A DNA stretch of 31,612 nucleotides. Origin: a virus (lineage: Duplodnaviria > Caudoviricetes). The stretch lies in the IMG/VR virus record IMGVR_UViG_3300014613_000070, positions 1 through 31,612 of that record; one strand, 5' to 3'. The position numbers and the translations under genes were made by a program. Under the pieces are notes generated by a model. That model ran no database searches and was not told the DNA's origin. It saw only the letters and a program-made list of their open reading frames with translations. The stretch's first letter is position 1. Every line of letters begins with the position of its first letter. This document shows positions 9,072 to 16,285 of the stretch, in pieces.

Positions 9072-9248
9072 ATGAATAGTAATGAAATAAAACAACTCAG
9101 GAAAAGACTCGGGCTAACTCAAAAGGAGTTGGCAGCTAGGGTAAAGGTCGATGCAATCACAGTAAGTCGCTGGGAGCGCAACGAGCAGAAGCCTAGCAGC
9201 CAAGCCCAAAGGCAACTGGCTAGACTAGCTGGTAAAGCCAAGGAGTAA
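9072..9248 (+). CDS. XRE/Cro-family HTH regulator (58 aa)
   Basis: IKQLRKRLGLTQKELAARVKVDAITVSRWERNEQKPS. The upstream TTG start in the ORF track overlaps the promoter and is unlikely. Confidence 0.9.
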   Translation: MNSNEIKQLRKRLGLTQKELAARVKVDAITVSRWERNEQKPSSQAQRQLARLAGKAKE

Positions 9249-9298
9249 ATGATGGAACTTAAAATCGATGGTAAATATCAAGGAAAGGAGGTATAGTT

Positions 9299-10042
9299 AT
9301 GCTACATACTACGGGTAGATTGGCAAAAGAAGCTAATGCTTGTGAGTCAAGCTATAGTAAGATGGCAAAGGCGCTCGGAGGAGTAAAGAGGTACGGATTA
9401 GATACTCCTATCCCAATTTCAAAGGTGCTAGATGTTTGCGGGCTGGCGGATGCTCTTTGGGTACTGGCAATAACTATTGAGCCGGCAACTACAGCAAAAC
9501 GAGTGTTCGCTTGTGACTGCGCTGAAAGAGTGCTCCCGCTTTACGAGACAGCATTTCCTGATGATGATAGACCCCGACACGCTATTGAAGTTGCACGGAG
9601 TTTCACCAGTGGGGAAGCTACTAAAGAAGAGTTGGGTACTGCTTTTTTGGCCGCTGGTATGGCTGCTATGGATGCTTTGAATGCTCCTGGGGAAGCTTTG
9701 AATGCCCCTGGGGAAGCTTGGGAAGCTGCTAGGGCTGCTTTGGCTGCTAGGGATGCTGTGGATGCTAGGGATGCTTTGGCTGCTAGGCTTGCTTCTTTGG
9801 ATGCCAAGGAGGCTAGGGTTGCTAGGGCTGCTGCTAGGGTTGCTTTGGCTGCTAGGCTTGCTTCTTTGGATGCTAGGGATGCTTTGGCTGCTAGGGATGC
9901 TGTGGATGCTAGGGATGCTTTGGCTGCTAGGCTTGCTTCTTTGGATGCTAGGGATGCTTTGAATGCTGCTGGGGATACTGAGAAAGAATGGCAAATCCAG
10001 CGTTTTAGGGAGCTTTTTTGCTCTGACGAGAAGGAGGTATAG
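9299..10042 (+). CDS. Imm5-like domain protein with Ala-rich tandem repeats
   Basis: FACDCAERVLPLYE...DDRPRHAIEVAR motif followed by an AARDA/ALAAR low-complexity tract and EWQIQRFRELF. Confidence 0.7.
   Translation: MLHTTGRLAKEANACESSYSKMAKALGGVKRYGLDTPIPISKVLDVCGLADALWVLAITIEPATTAKRVFACDCAERVLPLYETAFPDDDRPRHAIEVARSFTSGEATKEELGTAFLAAGMAAMDALNAPGEALNAPGEAWEAARAALAARDAVDARDALAARLASLDAKEARVARAAARVALAARLASLDARDALAARDAVDARDALAARLASLDARDALNAAGDTEKEWQIQRFRELFCSDEKEV
9660..9975 (+). repeat. Intragenic nested GCT-rich tandem repeats
   Basis: Near-identical 21-bp tandem pair (GCTTTGAATGC[T/C]CCTGGGGAA); exact 69-bp direct repeat at 9736-9804 and 9880-9948; many GCTAGGGAT 9-mers. Confidence 0.9.
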
Positions 10043-10045
10043 GTA

Positions 10046-10414
10046 ATGATAACATGGATTACTGCTGACCAACTTAGAGAAGCTAACGCCTGCGAAGAAC
10101 AAGTCAAAACATTCGAGGAAGAATGGCCTGATGGAGCACATATTACCGAGGAGAATATCCTTAAAGCCTACGAACTTGGACTTGACCTTCATTGGTTCGC
10201 AGAGAGCTTCTTGGATTCTCCTCACATGGATGCCTATGATAAGGCAATGGCCCTTCACAGGGATGCCTATGAGAAGGCACTGGCCCCTCACATGGATGCC
10301 TATGATAAGGCAATGGCCCTTCACATGGATGCCTATAAGAAGGCAATGGCCCTTTCACTATGTCAGATTGCACATAGAAAGGAGGGATCAGATGACGATA
10401 AAAGGCGGGGCTAG
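10046..10414 (+). CDS. Hypothetical protein with 11-aa tandem repeats
   Basis: LREANAC...DLHWFA N-domain, then four HMDAYDKAMAL-like units. Confidence 0.8.
   Translation: MITWITADQLREANACEEQVKTFEEEWPDGAHITEENILKAYELGLDLHWFAESFLDSPHMDAYDKAMALHRDAYEKALAPHMDAYDKAMALHMDAYKKAMALSLCQIAHRKEGSDDDKRRG
10223..10354 (+). repeat. Four tandem 33-bp repeats
   Basis: CACATGGATGCCTATGATAAGGCAATGGCCCTT at 10223 and 10289; variants at 10256 and 10322. Confidence 0.95.
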
Positions 10415-10556
10415 ACAGGAAACGATATTTCATACTGTCAGAATAATAATGGCTCGTGGAGCGACAATAGACCAGGCGATAAAAGAGGTTGAATCTATCC
10501 TGCGCTGTCAGCTACCAAAGCACATCAAGGCACTAATACGCCAAGAGTGTGGATAA
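10392..10556 (+). CDS. Small hypothetical protein (54 aa, MTIKGGARQE...)
   Basis: AAGGAGG SD before ATG 10392; this is the true start inside track ORF 10131..10556. Confidence 0.6.
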   Translation: MTIKGGARQETIFHTVRIIMARGATIDQAIKEVESILRCQLPKHIKALIRQECG

Positions 10557-10568
10557 AGGAGGGAATCA

Positions 10569-11357
10569 ATGCCAGATAAAGGAAACTGCAAACACGGAGA
10601 ATTTATACTGACCGAGGGATGCCCGCAGTGTATCGCTGCGAGGCGGGAAGCTGGTATCATGCCAGAGCAGGATGAGATGGAAGATGGTTTAAACAATGAG
10701 GGACTGACGATGGTCGGAACATCATTATTAACCCTAAGACCTGGGGAAGATGTTGAAGTCCGAAGTCACTATACCGAGGCGCTGAGGCTTCTGGAGTATG
10801 CTGAAAGCAGAGTTATTGCCACTGTCGAGGATACTAAGATAGCCAACAATGACCTAGCTGTCATCTCTAAGCTAAAGAAAGCGATGGAAGCAAAGCGCAA
10901 GGAATACCTGCAACCGCTTAAGGGGCAGACCGAAGCTATCAGGGATACCTATAATTACCTGATGGCTCCGGTACTTGAGGCGGATAAAATCACCCGCGAT
11001 AAAATGCTGGCCTTCAACAAAGAGCAGGAGCGCATCCGCCGAGAGCAGGAAGAGATTAACAGGAAAAGGCTAGAGGCTGCTGAGGCTGAAATGCGACTCA
11101 ATGGCGAGTTGACCGAATCGGTAAATCTTGTCGAGGTAACACCGGAGCCGGCAAAGCGAGTGTCAACTGAAATGGGTACCTCTGGGCAGAGGGATAACTG
11201 GCAATGCGAAGTTGTCGACATTAACGCTCTTCCCAGAGAATATATGATGCCGGACTTGGTGCTGCTTAACGCCATCGCCAAGAAGTATCACGACAAGAAA
11301 GAGGTAGTGGGTGTGAGGTTTTATAACAAGCCTATAATCAGCGTGAGGGCGAGATAG
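10569..11357 (+). CDS. Coiled-coil recombination-module protein (Gp157/Gam-like)
   Basis: Long coiled coil with C-terminal EVVDINALPREYMMPD...GVRFY; lies just upstream of the annealase. Confidence 0.55.
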   Translation: MPDKGNCKHGEFILTEGCPQCIAARREAGIMPEQDEMEDGLNNEGLTMVGTSLLTLRPGEDVEVRSHYTEALRLLEYAESRVIATVEDTKIANNDLAVISKLKKAMEAKRKEYLQPLKGQTEAIRDTYNYLMAPVLEADKITRDKMLAFNKEQERIRREQEEINRKRLEAAEAEMRLNGELTESVNLVEVTPEPAKRVSTEMGTSGQRDNWQCEVVDINALPREYMMPDLVLLNAIAKKYHDKKEVVGVRFYNKPIISVRAR

Positions 11358-11360
11358 TCA

Positions 11361-11486
11361 ATGAAGAATTGGCTTGCCAATAAAATAGAGGACTTGCTGG
11401 ATGCTATCGGGAGCCACGCCAAAGCTGACATGTGGTTTCGTTTTACAGGTGACCGGCGGTGGTATCAGCAAAAGTACAGGTACTAA
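11361..11486 (+). CDS. Small hypothetical protein (41 aa)
   Basis: ATG 11361 to TAA 11486; fills the intergenic gap. Confidence 0.45.
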   Translation: MKNWLANKIEDLLDAIGSHAKADMWFRFTGDRRWYQQKYRY

Positions 11487-11508
11487 CTAAAAAAGGGGGT
11501 GAAAAGAT

Positions 11509-12288
11509 ATGGAAAATATGGACATATATAATGCAGTCAAAAAACCGCCGCCGTTTGCGCTGAAGCCCATTACGGGAGGAAGGCTACGAGGTTTCACTGA
11601 TGTGAATCCGCAGTGGCGAATTATGGTGATGACCGAGCACTTCGGTGTCTGCGGAGTCGGCTGGAAATATACAATCGAGAAGCTCTGGCTGGAACCAGTT
11701 AGTGCTGAGATATGCGCTTTCGCCGAGGTTGCCCTATCAATTAAGGTAGACGGTGAGTGGAGTTCTCCTATTCCCGGCATCGGCGGCTCCATGCTCCTGG
11801 AGAAGGAAACGAAAGGGTTCCATGTCAGTGACGAGTGCTATAAGATGGCGATAACTGACGCCCTATCGGTGGCAATGAAAATGCTTGGGGTGGCAGGTGA
11901 TGTCTACGCTGGGGCATTTGATGGTTCGAAGTATAGTGAACGTTCATCTGTTTCGAAGAAAGCACCAGAAGAAAAGAGCCAGGTCGATACACCACCACCC
12001 GAGGCATCAAAAGAAGAGCCTGGCAAGCCAGCGGCCCCAGTAGGCGATTCTAGCCATAGCAAAGGGGAAGTAGGTGGCATTGACATGGACTGGCTAGAGG
12101 AATCTCTGAAAGTTTTACAGGATAAAGGGATTAAAGCGTATTCCGATAAGACTATCCTCGCGTATATCAATGCGATAACCCGGGCGGAGCCGAAGCATGC
12201 GACTATATCAGAGGCAGTAGCTAAACTTGATAAAGCACAAGCGAACGGCCTGGTTAAAAGAGTAAGTGATGCCCTTGAGATGGCATAG
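11509..12288 (+). CDS. Single-strand annealing protein, Rad52/Sak-like
   Basis: DVNPQWRI...FGVCGVGWKY and DECYKMAITDALSVAMKMLGVAGDVY motifs; disordered linker and C-terminal helical domain. Confidence 0.8.
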   Translation: MENMDIYNAVKKPPPFALKPITGGRLRGFTDVNPQWRIMVMTEHFGVCGVGWKYTIEKLWLEPVSAEICAFAEVALSIKVDGEWSSPIPGIGGSMLLEKETKGFHVSDECYKMAITDALSVAMKMLGVAGDVYAGAFDGSKYSERSSVSKKAPEEKSQVDTPPPEASKEEPGKPAAPVGDSSHSKGEVGGIDMDWLEESLKVLQDKGIKAYSDKTILAYINAITRAEPKHATISEAVAKLDKAQANGLVKRVSDALEMA

Positions 12289-12304
12289 CACTGGGAGGTG
12301 TTAA

Positions 12305-12532
12305 ATGACAAAATCTAAGACTTGGGAATATACTGTGTTGACAGTTGAACAGATAAACCAATTACCAGTAAATAAATTGTCAGGCTTACCTACACCTGTT
12401 GCGGTCGCTAAAGCCCAAGCTAAAATCACAGGGGATATAGCATACGAGGCAGGAAGAGAAGCGGAGAGAAAGTTCATATTGCAGAATACAGATTGTTTAA
12501 AGAGATATTGTAATGCAAAAAAGCAGAATTGA
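12305..12532 (+). CDS. Hypothetical protein
   Basis: GGAGGTG SD, 75 aa. Confidence 0.65.
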   Translation: MTKSKTWEYTVLTVEQINQLPVNKLSGLPTPVAVAKAQAKITGDIAYEAGREAERKFILQNTDCLKRYCNAKKQN

Positions 12533-12992
12533 ATGGACTGACTACACTGTGAATCCTGTTAAAGGACTTTGTCCTATGGACTGTAAGGATAATCAAGGTA
12601 AATCGTATTGTTATGCCAGGGCGATGTATAAGCGGTTTAAGTGGAATCCTGAGATGAGGTTTGACCCTGCTGTTTTCAACAACCTACCGAGAAAGCCAGC
12701 TAAAGTATTTGTGGGTTCTACTATGGAGTTATTTCTGCCGGAATGTGAGGCGTGGCTTGGAAAGACCCTTGACCTAATTAAGCCTTATAAATGGCTTACC
12801 TTCCAATTCTTAACCAAGCAACCTCAGAATCTAATCAAGTGGAGTCCGTTTCCTTCAAATTGTTATGTCGGTGTCTCGGCTACTAACCAGCACCAGTTTG
12901 ATGAGGCGGTGAAATATCTCAAGGAAGTGGAAGCGACTGTAAAATACATCAGTCTTGAGCCTCTTTTAGAGAGAATAAACATTGACCTTTAA
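12513..12992 (+). CDS. DUF5131 (phage Gp37/Gp68, radical-SAM-like) protein, N-terminal part
   Basis: SRIEWTDYTVNPVKGLC...C...CYA, VFVGSTMELF, FQFLTKQP, GVSATNQ and ISLEPLL motifs; stops right after EPLL. Confidence 0.85.
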   Translation: MQKSRIEWTDYTVNPVKGLCPMDCKDNQGKSYCYARAMYKRFKWNPEMRFDPAVFNNLPRKPAKVFVGSTMELFLPECEAWLGKTLDLIKPYKWLTFQFLTKQPQNLIKWSPFPSNCYVGVSATNQHQFDEAVKYLKEVEATVKYISLEPLLERINIDL

Positions 12993-13027
12993 GGGTAAGG
13001 CGTGCTATAATATCCTTAAAGGGAGGG
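12982..13027 (+). promoter_or_regulatory. Promoter embedded in a hairpin upstream of the HNH gene
   Basis: TTGACC-18 bp-TATAAT (13006-11, TG-extended). Inverted repeat CCTTTAAGG (12986-94) / CCTTAAAGG (13014-22) reaches the SD GGGAGG. Confidence 0.7.
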
Positions 13028-13031
13028 TGAT

Positions 13032-13751
13032 ATGCCAGAGATAGGTGAGATTAAAACCGATAGAGAGTTAGGATTAAAGGGTAAGCATAGGCGGAAGTGG
13101 GTTATCTGTCCTCAATGCGGTGAGGGTAGGTGGGTTATCTTGACTGCTACGAAGCGACCTGACTATACAGGATTATGCCATCAGTGTAGTGCCTCTGTTC
13201 GTGGTGGTAAGCGACTAAAAACTAAGGGTAGGTGGAAAACAGGGCAGGGTTATGTAATGAGATTGCTTCATCCCGATGACTTCTTTTTCTCAATGGCTGG
13301 TGCTGACGGATATGTGGGCGAGCATCGTCTAGTGATGGCTCAGAGCTTAGGGCGGTGTTTACATTCTTGGGAAATAGTCCACCACAAAGGAATAAGGGTG
13401 AAGGGTATTGAAAACAGGTCAGATAATCTAATAGATAACCTTCAGCTTGTCTCAGATGATAAGCATAAGCAAATCAGTATTCTTGAAGCTAAGATAACTA
13501 GGCTACAAAAGAAACTACACACCACTAATGTCTATTACCTTCGTGAGATACAACGCCAAGCCGAGCAACTCAAATCAAGAGAGATTTTAGCCTTGAAGCG
13601 TAGGGATGATGGTATCTTTGAAATCTATGCTGATGGTGACTTGGTTGAGGAATATGAAGCCAATGAGGATACTTGGGGAGCTTTACTACCGATAAAACTT
13701 TGGAGACATTTTAATAATATAGTTGATAGGAGAATTAAAGATGGAAACTGA
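13032..13751 (+). CDS. HNH homing endonuclease with N-terminal zinc finger and C-terminal extension
   Basis: CPQC/CHQC, GYVGEHRLVMAQSLGRCLHSWEIVHH...DNLIDNLQL; paralogue of 23746..24279. Confidence 0.88.
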   Translation: MPEIGEIKTDRELGLKGKHRRKWVICPQCGEGRWVILTATKRPDYTGLCHQCSASVRGGKRLKTKGRWKTGQGYVMRLLHPDDFFFSMAGADGYVGEHRLVMAQSLGRCLHSWEIVHHKGIRVKGIENRSDNLIDNLQLVSDDKHKQISILEAKITRLQKKLHTTNVYYLREIQRQAEQLKSREILALKRRDDGIFEIYADGDLVEEYEANEDTWGALLPIKLWRHFNNIVDRRIKDGN

Positions 13752-13992
13752 TTGCCCTCCAGGGGGAACTGGACATTGTAACGATGGATGCCCTTTTTGG
13801 AAGGATAGTAAATGCTGTCCCCCAGATTTTCCTGAAGGGTATTTATGCCGAAGGTGCAAAGATACAGGAACGATACTATTTGACACCTTTAAGGATATGG
13901 GACTTAATCGTGCAGAGCGTAGACGGAGAGGCAGGGATGATAGCCAAAGGTATAAATATATTCCGTGTCCAGAATGTAAGGGAGGTAACTAA
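13741..13992 (+). CDS. Cys-rich hypothetical protein
   Basis: AGGAG SD before ATG 13741; C..C..C..CC cluster plus CRRCKDTG and CPECKG. Confidence 0.65.
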   Translation: METDCPPGGTGHCNDGCPFWKDSKCCPPDFPEGYLCRRCKDTGTILFDTFKDMGLNRAERRRRGRDDSQRYKYIPCPECKGGN

Positions 13993-14252
13993 TGCCGAAT
14001 AAATTAAAGGAATCTGGCATCAATCAGGTAATCATCGGCGCTCAGACTCCATACAATCCAAAGACAGCACCGAAGATAGAGTGGATAGAGGAGATAGTCC
14101 AAGCTGCGGACAAGGCTGGTGTATCGGTGTTCATAAAAAATAACCTTGCTGGCTTACTTTCTCACCAAGATAGATGGGCATTTAGCCAAGATGAGAACAT
14201 ACCAGAAATGCTGAGATTACGACAGGAGATACCGAATGGAACAACCGGATGA
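13992..14252 (+). CDS. DUF5131 protein, C-terminal part
   Basis: INQVIIGAQT, PKIEWIEEIVQAADKAGVSVFIKNNL and LRQEIP are the family's C-terminal motifs; has its own GGAGG SD. Confidence 0.85.
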   Translation: MPNKLKESGINQVIIGAQTPYNPKTAPKIEWIEEIVQAADKAGVSVFIKNNLAGLLSHQDRWAFSQDENIPEMLRLRQEIPNGTTG

Positions 14253-14457
14253 ACTAAAGGTAAAATATCATGCAGGATACCTTATTCCAGCAGAGCCACT
14301 TAGCGGGCAATTTGATATTCAAGTGGACAGTGCCTTGATAGCCAGTGGCAGCCACTTCTTCTGCCATGTCTGTTTACAAGCAGTGGCTATTGAGGAGCAA
14401 AGCCCTGACCCGAACTATTGTGTGAATTGTTTTAAGAGTCTTAAGGAGATAAAATAG
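14236..14457 (+). CDS. Small zinc-finger protein
   Basis: CHVC...CVNC; AGGAG SD. Confidence 0.7.
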   Translation: MEQPDELKVKYHAGYLIPAEPLSGQFDIQVDSALIASGSHFFCHVCLQAVAIEEQSPDPNYCVNCFKSLKEIK

Positions 14458-14600
14458 TAATGGGAGGGCAGGATAGCCGATGAGTAGTGCACCACAATTC
14501 TCCTTATCTGTTTGTTTATCCCATTGCTTCCGGTGTCACCCACCGGGAGTTCAATCGCACTATGAGACTCATTGAGCGAGGACACTGCCCTCCCACATTA
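14458..14600 (+). ncRNA. Putative structured non-coding RNA (rod with a large asymmetric loop); strand uncertain
   Basis: Nested stems: 14461-71/14585-95 (11 bp perfect), 14478-85/14567-74, 14486-90/14557-61, 14523-26/14552-55 and 14527-35/14541-49. Confidence 0.6.
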
Positions 14601-14633
14601 AAGGAGTAAGATGACATGAGGTGGAGAAAGGAC

Positions 14634-14662
14634 TTGACAAAGTATTAAACATAGTTCATAGT
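14634..14662 (+). promoter_or_regulatory. Sigma70-type promoter of the replication operon, leaderless
   Basis: TTGACA (14634-39), 17 bp, CATAGT (14657-62); predicted +1 falls on ATG 14669. Confidence 0.7.
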
Positions 14663-14668
14663 GGAAAT

Positions 14669-14878
14669 ATGGCAAAATACGATGGTATGAGAAAGCTAGA
14701 ACGGAATAGAATGCTTTATGAGTATGTTGATTCCCACCCTGGAGCCTCAATGAAGGAAGTGGGTACTATATTTGGCATCACAGTTAGTAGGGTTAGCAAG
14801 TTACTTAAAAAACGTAGGGAATACTACTCTAACCTATATATTGGGATGTATCCACCGCCACCAGGAGAAGAGGCTTAG
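14669..14878 (+). CDS. HTH DNA-binding protein
   Basis: HPGASMKEVGTIFGITVSRVSKLLKK helix-turn-helix. Confidence 0.8.
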   Translation: MAKYDGMRKLERNRMLYEYVDSHPGASMKEVGTIFGITVSRVSKLLKKRREYYSNLYIGMYPPPPGEEA

Positions 14879-14879
14879 A

Positions 14880-15623
14880 ATGGCTAGAACCCAAAAGAAT
14901 GTAGTTAGTTACTTCCCCCATGATGCCAATGCTTGTACCGGGGATACCTTGACAGTCCTACAGAGCCGGTTCGGGAATGATGGTTATGCCTTCTGGTTTA
15001 AACTCTTAGAGAAATTAGCCTCCACAGATGGTCATGCCCTCGATGTTAGCAACCCAACAAAGTGGCAACTACTATTAGCAAAAATGGGTGTTAATGAAAT
15101 AACTGGTGTAGAAATAATGAATTTACTTGTAGAAATGCAGGCGATTGATAAGGACCTCTGGGACTCAAAGCTAATCTGGTGCCAAAACCTAGTAAATAAC
15201 CTTGCTGATGTTTATAAAAATCGGCGTAGGGAAATACCGCAAATACCCATTTCTACAAACCATAATGGGATAACTACAGAAAAGAAAGCCATAACTACAG
15301 GTGATAGTACACAAAGTAAAGTAAAGAAAGTAAAGAAAGTAAATAAGATAATACTACCGGGCTTTATTGATAAAGAAATCTGGGAGTCTTACTTAAAGAC
15401 ACGAAGGAAAACAACAGAGCATGCTATTTTTTTGCTGGTGAAGAAACTTGAGGAACTTCGTGCTGCCGGCGATGATCCTAATGAAGTCCTTAAAAGGTCG
15501 ATAATGAACGGCTGGACTGGAATATTCCCATTGAATCATAAAGGAGGTCAAGGTGGAACACATCGCCAAAATCCTCGACAACTTAGCCCCAGAGGAAGCT
15601 ATACCAAGCCGGAAGATTTATGA
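14880..15623 (+). CDS. Replication initiator (Lin1244/DUF4373-like N-terminus)
   Basis: YFPHDA...FGNDGYAFWFKLLEKL; C-terminal WESYLKTR...SIMNGWTGIF; followed by a DnaC-like gene. SD AGGAG/GAGG before ATG 14880. Confidence 0.85.
   Translation: MARTQKNVVSYFPHDANACTGDTLTVLQSRFGNDGYAFWFKLLEKLASTDGHALDVSNPTKWQLLLAKMGVNEITGVEIMNLLVEMQAIDKDLWDSKLIWCQNLVNNLADVYKNRRREIPQIPISTNHNGITTEKKAITTGDSTQSKVKKVKKVNKIILPGFIDKEIWESYLKTRRKTTEHAIFLLVKKLEELRAAGDDPNEVLKRSIMNGWTGIFPLNHKGGQGGTHRQNPRQLSPRGSYTKPEDL
15095..15355. repeat. Putative replication origin (iterons plus A-rich tract) inside the initiator gene
   Basis: ATAACTACAG at 15270 and 15291; TTGTAGAAATG (15127-37) is inverted to CATTTCTACAA (15248-58); tandem AAAGTAAAG run at ~15313-15345. 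Confidence 0.55.
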
Positions 15624-16242
15624 GCTACCTGAATTAACCCCAGAGGAAGAGATGGAAGAAAAAAGAAGGTCGCTTGGTGTTTCTAGTCTTAGCAATACCT
15701 TTCAAAACTTTCTTCCTTGGCCTGGAACTGAAGAGGCACTAGCCGCTTTCAAAGCATTGGCATCAGGTGAAACAAAGTGGCAGATGCTTCTCTGCTATGG
15801 TGGTGTGGGAAATGGTAAGACTTATTTATGCGAAGCTACTACGATAGCCCTTGCCGACCGTGGGCTCTTCGCCCGTGTTAATACTATGGCTGGCGTGATG
15901 CGGTCTCTGAGGGGGGGATTGGACAAAGATGCTATTTTTGGTTATAACGAAATGTTTCCCAGGTTGTGTAAGTTAAAAAGGCTAATTATAGATGATGTGG
16001 GTATGGGGAGTAGCGGTAGCGACTGGGAATATGGCCAACTTGAGGAGCTTATTGCCGAGAGATACCGAGAAAACCTTTTTACCATATTGACCACTAACCG
16101 TGATATAAAGCCTGACACTAAGCACCCGAACACGCCTGTTATACCTGAACGTATTGTGTCACGCTTCCGTGACCGAGAAAAGGCGAGGTTGGTGCTTAAT
16201 CAAGGCGAAGATTACCGGCCTGAGAAGGAAAAGGCAAGGTAA
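15553..16242 (+). CDS. DnaC/IstB-like AAA+ helicase loader
   Basis: Walker A GGVGNGKT, Walker B LIIDDVG, TILTTN and ERIVSR motifs. Confidence 0.9.
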   Translation: MEHIAKILDNLAPEEAIPSRKIYELPELTPEEEMEEKRRSLGVSSLSNTFQNFLPWPGTEEALAAFKALASGETKWQMLLCYGGVGNGKTYLCEATTIALADRGLFARVNTMAGVMRSLRGGLDKDAIFGYNEMFPRLCKLKRLIIDDVGMGSSGSDWEYGQLEELIAERYRENLFTILTTNRDIKPDTKHPNTPVIPERIVSRFRDREKARLVLNQGEDYRPEKEKAR

Positions 16243-16285
16243 TGAAGAAGTACCAGATATATGCTGAAAGGATAAGGAGGTGAAC

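Noticed and set aside
10223-10354. CRISPR-like 33-bp repeats
   Set aside because: Head-to-tail with no spacers and in frame within a protein.
9428-10433. Long overlapping ORFs in other frames and on the minus strand
   Set aside because: By-products of stop-free low-complexity repeats; no SD or domain signal.
12993-13991. Group I/II intron, intein or ribosomal bypass interrupting DUF5131
   Set aside because: The insert is almost fully coding with no space for a ribozyme core. The ATAGTCC look-alikes of the group I S element are codons (EIVH, EIVQ). The C-half has its own SD and ATG. 1 kb is far longer than the 50-nt T4 gene 60 bypass.
14477-14580. Hammerhead ribozyme (CCGATGA...GAGA resembles CUGAUGA...GAAA)
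   Set aside because: Several invariant core positions differ, there is no UH cleavage triplet, and no stem I.
14772-14879. N-terminal extension of the replication initiator from TTG 14772
   Set aside because: Overlaps the HTH gene; the family motif and SD support ATG 14880.
15553-16242. IS21 element (IstB)
   Set aside because: No IstA transposase or terminal repeats; context after the initiator indicates a helicase loader.
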